In this document: piece after piece, positions 9,357-17,512 of the stretch | Layout: the number at the start of each line of letters is the position of its first letter | How positions within the stretch are numbered: position 1 is the first letter of the stretch | DNA from: an uncultured Methanosarcinales archaeon | GTDB lineage: Archaea > Nanobdellota > Nanobdellia > Woesearchaeales > JACPBV01 | Reading direction: 5' to 3' | Assembly: GCA_964492935.1 (NCBI GenBank) | Contig: CAZBLF010000006.1 | Coordinates: 1 to 43,649, forward strand | Length of the DNA: 43,649 bases | The notes under the pieces: generated by a model | What the model saw: only the letters and a program-made list of their open reading frames with translations | The model's database searches: none | What the model was told of the DNA's origin: nothing | Program-made: the position numbers and the translations under genes

Positions 9357-9931
9357 AGCAACCACCGTTCCAAAAACTGTAGTCCATAGTCACCAGACTT
9401 TTCTGGGTGGAATTGAACTGCAGTAATACTGCCAGATTCAACCGTACACGCAAACGAACAACCATACTCCGAAGTTGCAGTAACAATAGCTGGATCAGCA
9501 GGAACCACATAATATGAGTTAGCAAAATAACCGTATCCCTTCGCCAGCAAGCTGGGAGGGCAAGGCAATATGGTATTCCATCCCATCTGAGGAACCTTTC
9601 CAAGATTGAATTTCTGGACAGAACCCTTCAACACCCCGAGCCCAGAAACTCCTGGACTCTCCTCACTTGTTTCAAACAACGCCTGCATTCCAAGGCAGAT
9701 GCCAAGAAAGGGCTTACCTGAGGATAAATAATCCTTCAATACCTCAATCAACCCCTTTTCACGCAAAGCCTCCATCATCGCTCCGAATGCACCTACGCCA
9801 GGTAATACAACCCTATCTGCGGCACCTATATTCGATGCAGAGGAAGTGATGACCGATTCCACTCCAAGACAATCTAGTGCATTCTTCACACTTTGCACAT
9901 TCCCTATCCCGCAGTCTATTATCGCTATCAT
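9350..9931 (-). CDS. hisH: Imidazole glycerol phosphate synthase glutaminase subunit
   Basis: [32 protein letters not shown]. The ATG overlaps the hisB stop (ATGA). Confidence 0.96.
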   Translation of the reverse strand: MIAIIDCGIGNVQSVKNALDCLGVESVITSSASNIGAADRVVLPGVGAFGAMMEALREKGLIEVLKDYLSSGKPFLGICLGMQALFETSEESPGVSGLGVLKGSVQKFNLGKVPQMGWNTILPCPPSLLAKGYGYFANSYYVVPADPAIVTATSEYGCSFACTVESGSITAVQFHPEKSGDYGLQFLERWLLC

Positions 9932-10527
9932 CGTAAGATCCCCTTTACTCCCGCAATCGCATTCTTCCTCCAAGGAGTATCCCGAAAGCAATCCCTGATG
10001 GCCTCTCCAAGCGCTCTGAACACGGTTTCCCAGATGTGGTGCGGATCATAGCCCTCCAACACCTTAACCTGAATCGTAGCCTGCATTCCCTGTGCCAACC
10101 CTTCAATGAAATTCTGCAAATCACATCCCTTCATATCCTCGACATTCCGAACAAAGGCTTTCTTACCCTTCAAGTCCACGAACGAGTTACTACGACCCTC
10201 AAAACTCACACAAACGACAGATAAAGCTTCATCAAGAGCAGCAACGCTATATCCACTTCCTCGAACCCCCTTGGGAAGTTTCTGTTCAAAAAGTCGAGCA
10301 AGGGCCCTACCTAAAACTAACCCACTATCTTCAGCAATAACGTGCTCAAGTTTGAAGTTAGTCATAGCAACAGCTACATCCATGTTCATGCAAGCTCTCC
10401 ACGCAATAGTTTCAATCATGTGGTTCAAAAATTGCAGTCCCGTATCTATCTTGAACTCTCTCCGCGGCAATTCATCTACCTGAACCACCACCTCTGATTC
10501 CCTTGTTGTTCTTTTTTCTTCTATCAT
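9928..10527 (-). CDS. hisB: Imidazoleglycerol-phosphate dehydratase (divergent)
   Basis: RTTRES, TGLQFLNHM, LDEAL and DPHHIWE motifs; operon context. Confidence 0.9.
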   Translation of the reverse strand: MIEEKRTTRESEVVVQVDELPRREFKIDTGLQFLNHMIETIAWRACMNMDVAVAMTNFKLEHVIAEDSGLVLGRALARLFEQKLPKGVRGSGYSVAALDEALSVVCVSFEGRSNSFVDLKGKKAFVRNVEDMKGCDLQNFIEGLAQGMQATIQVKVLEGYDPHHIWETVFRALGEAIRDCFRDTPWRKNAIAGVKGILR

Positions 10528-11834
10528 TTCAACCTCCGATCGACAGATGCCCTGTGAGCATCCAGTCCCTCTACATCCGCTATCCTATTCACAATCGGTT
10601 GCAACTTCCGCAACCCCATCTTACTCACATCCGAATACTGAACACGCTTCATAAATGTCCAAACTCCAACTGCTGAAGTCCTTTTAGCCCACCCACTCGC
10701 GGGCAGGATGTGATTAACTCCAGACGCATAGTCTCCTAAGGCAACAGGATTATACATCCCCAAAAAAACACTGCCAGCATTTGTTATCTGTTCTAAGACG
10801 AGACGTGGATTCTCAGTAAGAATCTCCAGGTGCTCAGGAGCATACGAGTTAGTGAACTCAACAGCCTCATCCAGCGTATCAACGAGCAGGATACCGCAAT
10901 AATTTTTCAAAGCACTTTGAAGATACTCTTTCCGGGAAAGCAGCTCAAACTGTTTCTTAATCTCCTCTTGAGTAAGGCGAGCAAGCTTCCCTGAAGTCGT
11001 CACCAGCACCGCAGCAGAATCAGGTCCGTGTTCTGCCCGAGCCAGGATGTCGGCAGCACAATACTCAGCTTTTTTCTGAAGATCAACACCTTTAGATAAA
11101 CCCCCATCAGCAATAATGACGGCCTCACTCGGACCTGCAGGCATATCAATAGCAACCCGCTCCTGACAGAGAATCTTTGCAGCAGTCACCCACGGACTTC
11201 CCGGTCCAGCAATCAGTTCAACGGGTTTAACTGTCGAAGTTCCATATGCAAGCGCAGCAATCGCCTGAGCACCGCTCATACGATAGATCTCCGTAACGCC
11301 ACACTCAGCTAACGCAACAAGCGTCTCATACTGATTTCCTTTTGGAGAGATTGCAGCAACAATTCTACCACTACCTGCCAGCACCGCAGGAACTGCTAGT
11401 ATTTGTGCAACCGTGGGAAACGGATTCTTCCCACCAGGAATATACAGTCCAACCGCCTCTATCGCAGTCCATTTCTCTCCAACAACAATGCCCTCGCCAG
11501 TAGTACCTTCCCAATCCTGGATGGCAGATCGCTGCCTCTCGTGGAACCGCTGCGCATACCGAATCTGCTCCCTGATTGCAGAAAGAACCTCTGGAAGAAT
11601 ATTTTCGTACGCTTTCTCAATCTCTTGCGCATCAACACACAGCATACTCTTCTGAAAAGCTGCATCATCAAATTTCTGTGCATAGCGAACCAAAGCTGAA
11701 TCTCCCTCAGCCCTTACCTCTTGAATGATAGCTCTAACCGCTACCTTAACCTCCTCCAACTCATTCTGCGACCGCAGCAACAGACGTCGAAATGCCCGAC
11801 TCTTCTTATCCCTCATCGAATACCTTCTTATCAT
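10524..11834 (-). CDS. hisD: Histidinol dehydrogenase
   Basis: VGLYIPGG, GAQAIAALAYGT, DMPAGPSE, AEH, APEHL, GDYASGVNHILP, EGLDAH. Confidence 0.95.
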   Translation of the reverse strand: MIRRYSMRDKKSRAFRRLLLRSQNELEEVKVAVRAIIQEVRAEGDSALVRYAQKFDDAAFQKSMLCVDAQEIEKAYENILPEVLSAIREQIRYAQRFHERQRSAIQDWEGTTGEGIVVGEKWTAIEAVGLYIPGGKNPFPTVAQILAVPAVLAGSGRIVAAISPKGNQYETLVALAECGVTEIYRMSGAQAIAALAYGTSTVKPVELIAGPGSPWVTAAKILCQERVAIDMPAGPSEAVIIADGGLSKGVDLQKKAEYCAADILARAEHGPDSAAVLVTTSGKLARLTQEEIKKQFELLSRKEYLQSALKNYCGILLVDTLDEAVEFTNSYAPEHLEILTENPRLVLEQITNAGSVFLGMYNPVALGDYASGVNHILPASGWAKRTSAVGVWTFMKRVQYSDVSKMGLRKLQPIVNRIADVEGLDAHRASVDRRLK

Positions 11835-13079
11835 TTTATTACCTCCAAAAAATCCAGAATTTGGTTTACATCCTCAAGCACCTGTTCGGCACCCTCCAAC
11901 TTAAACGTGAAAGTAGAACTTTTGACCCCTACAAAGCGAACATTGGCAGCTTTCGCCATCATCGCATCAGCAGGCAAATCTCCAACATAGACTATCTCTT
12001 GCAATCCCAGCTTTTTCCGAGCGAGAGTCAATCCATCAGCACAGGGCTTCTGCCTATCCTCAGAAAGATCATCCCGAGTAATAAGGACCTCAAAATAGTC
12101 AAGCAATTTATATTTTTTTAAGGTAGAAACTGCCTCATCTCGTGGTCTACCCGTAACAATTCCCAATGAAGCTCTAGAAGAGAGACTTTGCAAAGTACCT
12201 TCATTAACAAGCAAACGCTCTTTATTCCAGATCTCCCGAGAGAGATAACGCTGAAACACTTCCACTATTTCCTCAAAATCCACCTCAACACCCTCTCTCC
12301 GCAGCAGTTCCCTACAACAATCCCACTCGTTATTGAATCCACTTTGCTTCACGGCAGCAAACTCCAGTAATGCAACAGGACGCTTCAGAAATTGACCAAC
12401 GGTTTTGCAAGATGCTACTCCATACGATTCGCTACTATCAACCAACACCCCATCCATATCAAAAACAATTGATTGCCGAACGGGAGAACCAAGAATAACA
12501 AAATCACTTTGAGCGATGAGGTCATACACTTTCAATCCACATTGTTCTAGCGTTTTTCCTGTATAGACGATGTCGATGACCAAATCAGCAATGCCTTCCT
12601 TACAACTTACCTCCACGCACCCGTTGACATAAATTTTCTTGAAAGTATACCCATTCTGCTCAAGAAAGTTAAGATACGATTTTCCAAGATTTTTATATTT
12701 AGCCGCAATACAAACAGTAAGGCGTTTCGGAAGATCTTCAAGATTCCTATCTTTAGGACCTAATAAACAAAGAGCAGGCTTACCATATTTTGCCCGAGCA
12801 TCATTCCAAGGAATCCTAGCAAGAATGGTAGGGGGAACAGTACTCTGTTGAGCGCAATATTCATCATACAAATCCTCTCCCGTTAACCCAATGACCTTCT
12901 TTCCCTTACCCTGAAACTCTTCTACCCAAAACGGGACATCCTCCCCTCTCACCTCAAGTATTTTTGAGGAGTCAACATTCTGAAGACTAGGAAGTGCTTT
13001 TTCCCTATATTCTTGCAGTCCGCCATTCTTCGGAACGACAATGAATACAATCCTTAGCGTTAACTAACGAGTCTACCAT
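11831..13079 (-). CDS. hisG: Short-form ATP phosphoribosyltransferase fused to a HAD phosphatase; predicted to need a +1 frameshift at 13043 (about 415 aa)
   Basis: Frame is open from 13063 to 11831 with IVVPKNG, VRGEDVP, GLTGEDL, NGCVEV, DIVYTGKTL, then FDMDGVLVD...KP...VGD (HAD). No in-frame ATG/GTG/TTG precedes the conserved N-terminal strand. The RBS-preceded ATG at 13079 is in another frame. Confidence 0.85.
13005..13079 (-). promoter_or_regulatory. Leader ORF 2 (MVDSLVNAKDCIHCRSEEWRTARI*) with a single His codon
   Basis: GGAGGTGA RBS (13091-13084) 4 nt before the ATG; TGT ATT CAT T at 13049-13040. Confidence 0.75.
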
Positions 13080-13105
13080 AAACTCACCTCCAAGGGAACA
13101 GAAAG

Positions 13106-13177
13106 GGCGGTAGCCGAGAATCGAACTCGGACCGCAAGGCCCACAACCTTGTATTCTACCAGTAAACTACTACCGCC
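13106..13177 (-). tRNA. tRNA-His(GTG), intronless, G-1 encoded
   Basis: G GCGGTAG TA GTTT ACTGGTA GAAT A CAAGG TTGTGGG CCTTG CGGT CCGAG TTCGATT CTCGG CTACCGC C, with G-1:C73. Confidence 0.95.
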
Positions 13178-13244
13178 ATAAGAAATATCAACAAAAGAAC
13201 TCAAACAAGAACAAAAACTTAAACTACTAAAATTAGACTCACAA

Positions 13245-13307
13245 CTACCAAGAATGAATACAACCAGCGTCGGTGACGCCTTTGTCCTCAAGTAATACGG
13301 TGTTCAT
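13245..13307 (-). promoter_or_regulatory. Leader ORF 1 (MNTVLLEDKGVTDAGCIHSW*), probably leaderless, with a single His codon
   Basis: ATG lies 30 nt from the start of a TATA box; TGT ATT CAT T at 13262-13253. Confidence 0.7.
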
Positions 13308-13325
13308 AAAAAAGAAGAAGTGCAA

Positions 13326-13349
13326 CTTTATATTTAAGTCTTTTCATTC
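13326..13349 (-). promoter_or_regulatory. BRE/TATA promoter for the leader-tRNA-His-his operon
   Basis: Minus strand GAATGAAAAGAC-TTAAATATAAAG: a purine-rich BRE followed by a TATA box. Confidence 0.65.
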
Positions 13350-13370
13350 ATCAAGAGGAAGTAGCAAAAA

Positions 13371-14246
13371 TCATTCAACAATAGCCTTTATCTCAGAACC
13401 AAACATTTCTGAAGCACGCTTAACATACTCCTCAATATTATCAGTAAAGTACGGCGGATGCTGTTTCTGAATATTACCAATAACGAAATAACCAATTGCC
13501 ATCAGGGCAGCATACGAAGCATCAGCAGGCAACGGAATGTCCAAGCGATGCTTCCCAAACTGTGAATTCGAATCACCAAACGAAATAAATAATTCTTTGT
13601 CATTAGGAACAACCGTTTTAGCATGTTTTGTCTGATCCACAGTAAAAACACGCCCATTCACAACGGACCCAAACAACTCATCGAATTTAGTCAGCAACAT
13701 CTCTCGCATCGCATCAAAACGAGAAGGAACAATCAAATAGAACGCAGAATATGAAGCAAAGTCCTTAGGTATCAAAGGAACAACCTCTTTTTTGATAAAC
13801 TCCAAAATCGCAGCAGGATCTTCTTTTGTTTTTCCCAAAATCATGCTCATATACGTCGAAGTATTGTAGGTATACGGCTCAGCCTGTTTCGGAAACACAA
13901 ACGTCTCATGCACGAGCGTTTTAGCAGGCGCATCTGTATTACACGTCAACAGCCGAGTCTCAATTTTCAATCGCTTCAATTCCTTAGCAATAATCGGAGC
14001 ATGTTTAGCACCCGATGCCGAAATCAAGATAGCACCATCCACAATATCCAAATTATCCCGATACGTACCCTCATCCGCAAACACCGCATCAGAACCCTCC
14101 ATAATGATTCTACCCGTAGCAGCAGCATTACCTGAACCAACAACAAGAGGACGATCATAGGAACCAAGATGCAATTCAGGAATACCTTCAGCAATAAACA
14201 GCTGCAATGCAGATAGTACACATTCATCCAGACCAATAATCTTCAT
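13371..14246 (-). CDS. SIS-domain (sugar isomerase-like) protein
   Basis: VVGSGNAAATG and ILISASGAK resemble SIS phosphosugar-binding loops; substrate cannot be determined. Confidence 0.55.
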   Translation of the reverse strand: MKIIGLDECVLSALQLFIAEGIPELHLGSYDRPLVVGSGNAAATGRIIMEGSDAVFADEGTYRDNLDIVDGAILISASGAKHAPIIAKELKRLKIETRLLTCNTDAPAKTLVHETFVFPKQAEPYTYNTSTYMSMILGKTKEDPAAILEFIKKEVVPLIPKDFASYSAFYLIVPSRFDAMREMLLTKFDELFGSVVNGRVFTVDQTKHAKTVVPNDKELFISFGDSNSQFGKHRLDIPLPADASYAALMAIGYFVIGNIQKQHPPYFTDNIEEYVKRASEMFGSEIKAIVE

Positions 14247-14303
14247 AAGAAAAAATAAATCAAAATTCCTTTTTATATCTTTTGTTAAACCTCAAAAATA
14301 AAG

Positions 14304-15203
14304 TTATGGCTTAACATTAAGAGTAAATTCCTGTGTAATGCCTGAAGCAGTGCCATCATAATACATCTCAATCTGACACAAGTGATTACCAGAGGAAATA
14401 TCATCTGGCAACGTAACAATGGCAGCGAACTGTTCATCATCCGCAACCGCAATGGGCTTAGCATTTACCTGTACCGTTAAATCTCCAACCTGTTGCGTAA
14501 CGGGCTGAATCGAGCTATCACCATCAGAACCACTTCCCACCCCAACACCACTAGGACTATCGACACATTCAGAAAGATCACTGCCCACAGCACCATATCC
14601 ATCGAAATCATCATCAGAGCAGGCAGTGCAAGGAGTAGCTAAAACCGCTCCAGAACTACTCTTGAGCTGAATATTATCCACATACACTTTCGCCCATCCA
14701 CCTGTCTGAGCATTTTCTATCAGGATACTTACCTCAACCCCCTCATACCCAGACAATCCTAGACAACCAACTGAGGCGAAAGTATCGGAATCATGACCAT
14801 GTACATTTGTACAAAGAATCGAGGCATCGCTTGAACGTATGACTGATAGGTGAGCATTATCAGCCCCCCCAGCTCGTAAAAAGGTAATGCGATCAATTCC
14901 TACCGGGAGGGTAAATAGGGGGCTAATCATAGAACCGGTCGTCCCATCACAACCTACTTTGATATATTTCGTTCCATCAATAGCGTTTGCAGCTCTACTA
15001 CTATCTCCACAACGAATATCATTCCCCTCTACAACGCCAGCATCACCTGAGCAAGTCCACCCCGGAGGACAGTTGAGGGGATCGACGTCTTCAAAACTGG
15101 TGAAGGTGACTTCTAAAGGGCAATCACAAAAAGATCCTACACAGGGACTAGCAGAAACCGAAGGCAGAACTACGAGCACAATCACTATCGCCCACCATTT
15201 CAT
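14304..15203 (-). CDS. Secreted Cys-rich beta-domain protein
   Basis: MKWWAIVIVLVVLPSVSA signal peptide at ATG 15203; DDDFDGYG acidic motif. Confidence 0.6.
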   Translation of the reverse strand: MKWWAIVIVLVVLPSVSASPCVGSFCDCPLEVTFTSFEDVDPLNCPPGWTCSGDAGVVEGNDIRCGDSSRAANAIDGTKYIKVGCDGTTGSMISPLFTLPVGIDRITFLRAGGADNAHLSVIRSSDASILCTNVHGHDSDTFASVGCLGLSGYEGVEVSILIENAQTGGWAKVYVDNIQLKSSSGAVLATPCTACSDDDFDGYGAVGSDLSECVDSPSGVGVGSGSDGDSSIQPVTQQVGDLTVQVNAKPIAVADDEQFAAIVTLPDDISSGNHLCQIEMYYDGTASGITQEFTLNVKP

Positions 15204-15556
15204 GAACATGTAATCACCGGATACGCCTGATCCCAATCCTCATTAGTGGGATTTCGAGCACCCACATCAACTCTAAACGTACTTCCTGCCTCCGCAATCA
15301 CAACCTCCTTAGAAATGACATACTCCCAAAATGAATCCAGCTGAAGTTGGGGGTATTCTGCCTAAGATTTTATAACCAAGGGGTCACTAGGAAGGGGACT
15401 CAACAAAGGGCCACGGGGAGATGCCTGCTCCTCAAACTGAGTTGCCGATTTAGAAAAATTACCTCGAATGAATCCAATCAGCAATCCTAAAATAACAATA
15501 GCTAAAATAATGGTAACAATCGCTGTCGTTGATAGCGTCATAGCTCCTTTCTTCAT
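15200..15556 (-). pseudogene. Class III signal-peptide (pilin-like) gene interrupted by an in-frame TAG (15364-15362)
   Basis: MKKGA/MTLSTTAIVTIILAIVILGL N-terminus. The same frame continues 53 codons past the TAG (...VISKEVVIAEAGSTFRVDVGARNPTNEDWDQAYPVITCS*). Confidence 0.5.
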
Positions 15557-16293
15557 GTGTGCACCTTGTGCATTTTTTGTTCATGTGCACTATGAAGAGT
15601 AGCAACAATCACATGTTCTTTCCAACCGCGATCCATCAGTGCCGGAACGACTGACTGCATCAGCTGCTCACGAGTATATCCTTTCTGTAACAACATCGAA
15701 AAATATTGCCGCAATCGCAGCTGAGGATCATGTAATCTCCTCTTTCGAGAAACCTCTGCAATCCCCATCCCGACAATCCCCAATGCCCCCACGCCTACGA
15801 ACACCATCACAATAAAAGAGAGCGGACTTTCCGGAGCAGGTTGTTCAACCACAAGCACCTCTTCCTGCAACGGAGTCTTCAACACATCCACTCGACGTTG
15901 TATCCCTGCAAGCATCCCTTGGTGTATCTGCGCCCGATCCGAGATTACGAATAACTTCAAACCCCGAAAAGTATCTATGCGCAACAAAGAAGGCTTTGTA
16001 AAATTCCACACAGCAAGAAAGGGAGAATGAGGACTACTCACCACGATAGTCTTATCAAAACGAGGAACGATCGAGGGATCCAAAAACAACACCTTTACAC
16101 CCAACGACTTCTGCAACTCCAAAGCAGCGCTACGAATCTCATCTTCAAGCGTCAAGTCCACAAGCATACTATACTCAGAAGGTTCGTCCAGCACCATCGA
16201 CAGGAAATCATCCAATCCATCAGCATGCACAGTAATAGCACCAAGAACCAATATCAGAAAAACTACCAAAAAACCGCGGCCTAAACCCCCCAT
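15553..16293 (-). CDS. Hypothetical membrane-anchored protein
   Basis: N-terminal signal peptide, one TM helix near residue 165, short helical C-terminal domain. Confidence 0.65.
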   Translation of the reverse strand: MGGLGRGFLVVFLILVLGAITVHADGLDDFLSMVLDEPSEYSMLVDLTLEDEIRSAALELQKSLGVKVLFLDPSIVPRFDKTIVVSSPHSPFLAVWNFTKPSLLRIDTFRGLKLFVISDRAQIHQGMLAGIQRRVDVLKTPLQEEVLVVEQPAPESPLSFIVMVFVGVGALGIVGMGIAEVSRKRRLHDPQLRLRQYFSMLLQKGYTREQLMQSVVPALMDRGWKEHVIVATLHSAHEQKMHKVHT

Positions 16294-16359
16294 ACCTCAA
16301 TCATGACATTTGCCCTATAAATAGCTTACGAAAAAAACGCCAGCCCCCAAAAAAATAAA

Positions 16360-16473
16360 CGCCACCGCCCGGATTCGAACCAGGATATCCAAAGGAAAGA
16401 CGCTCTCACGATGATGTCCTGAGCAAGCTCAAGATTTCGAGGCGACCGCAATACCAGATTATGCGACAGTGGC
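16360..16473 (-). tRNA. tRNA-Ser(CGA) with 31-nt canonical 37/38 intron (16405-16435)
   Basis: GCCACTG/CGGTGGC acceptor, G73, long variable arm, CT-CGA-A loop, CCTGG-TTCGAAT-CCGGG T arm. Confidence 0.9.
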
Positions 16474-16679
16474 ACAATCATCAAAAACAGCTGCTAGAAT
16501 AAAAAGGTAATGAAAAATCAATCTCCTAACGAAGCGTGAAGTGATTCAGCTTGCTTTCTCACTTTCTTTTCCATAGATAACACTTTTTGCGACATGTCGA
16601 CCGGCTTCTTAGTCGCCGCGACTACACCATAGGAGCAGTAAAAATAAAATGGTGAAGCCACATATGGCCTCACCAATAA

Positions 16680-16806
16680 CGCTGCGACTCGGATTTGAAC
16701 CAAGATAGGCCGAAGCCAACAAGCTGTCTGGTACGATTTTCCAAGCCTACGCCTTCTTTATCGAGGATAAAAAAGTTTGCGCAGTACCAGATTGTGCCAT
16801 CGCAGC
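16680..16806 (-). tRNA. tRNA-Ser(GGA) with two introns: 29/30 (16747-16776, 30 nt) and 37/38 (16726-16738, 13 nt)
   Basis: GCTGCGA/TCGCAGC acceptor, G73, long variable arm. BHB helices GCGC/GCGT and TTGG/CCAG. Spliced anticodon arm CAAGC-TTGGAAA-GCTTG. Confidence 0.9.
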
Positions 16807-16807
16807 A

Positions 16808-17512
16808 CTAGTTTTTCAATTCCGCCTTTTTATTTAAACCTAATGTTTTTGAGAGAGTGTTTGATTTTTTAGAATGCCAAAATCCAATTTTCTGGCGAAA
16901 CAATTCCCGAGACTTCTTTTTATTGATGAAGATAATGCTTACAGGAGAATGCTTTTTATTCTTTGGCAGATATTCATAACACCGATGATCTATTTCCATT
17001 TCTCGAAGCAATTGTGAAACCTGACCCATGCCCTTTTTATTTATTGTCTGAATCTTAATACATTTGGGACCAACATAAGCTTCTGCAGAAAAGAAAGCTC
17101 GTAACCAAGCTTCTTTAGCCCCATTAATTTTAAAAAGTTTCCAGGGCAAACTCCAATCCAACAGACCGAAGGTTGAATGTTCAATCAAATCTTCGTATAT
17201 GGTGCGAGAGGTGAGCCGCACGTAGTAAAAATTGTTTCTCAATTTTATTGAAAAAATCCTCCCGTACACATGTTTCATCGCACCACAAAAATATTCAAGC
17301 ATCTCAGGATCATCCGGGAAAAATTTTATTTCATGGTGTACATTTGACTTTTCTTTTCTCAATTTTACACTCCCATCTCCCGCTAGAAAGCCACATATCG
17401 CCGCCTTATTAATCAGGGATTCGGCATCGGATCGGATATTTGCTCTTTCTTTACCATGTACTTTGGACCAGCGAGCCAAAGCAACTTTTCTGTTTCTATC
17501 TGAATATTTCAT
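16808..17512 (-). CDS. Free-standing double-motif LAGLIDADG homing endonuclease
   Basis: Motifs ICGFLAGDG and LRAFFSAEA. The stop lies 1 nt upstream of tRNA-Ser(GGA). Confidence 0.85.
   Translation of the reverse strand: MKYSDRNRKVALARWSKVHGKERANIRSDAESLINKAAICGFLAGDGSVKLRKEKSNVHHEIKFFPDDPEMLEYFCGAMKHVYGRIFSIKLRNNFYYVRLTSRTIYEDLIEHSTFGLLDWSLPWKLFKINGAKEAWLRAFFSAEAYVGPKCIKIQTINKKGMGQVSQLLREMEIDHRCYEYLPKNKKHSPVSIIFINKKKSRELFRQKIGFWHSKKSNTLSKTLGLNKKAELKN

Noticed and set aside
12950..12952. GTG at 12952 as the hisG start (ORF-track call)
   Set aside because: It would delete the conserved N-terminal strand (IVVPKNG), which is present in frame upstream.
16518..16703. 61-aa ORF between the two tRNA-Ser genes
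   Set aside because: It starts inside the tRNA T arm, has no convincing start codon or RBS, and shows no recognisable motif.
2985..17512. LAGLIDADG ORFs as intron- or intein-encoded endonucleases
   Set aside because: Each neighbouring tRNA is complete on one side of the ORF, its introns are only 13-47 nt, and no intein termini or host protein are visible.
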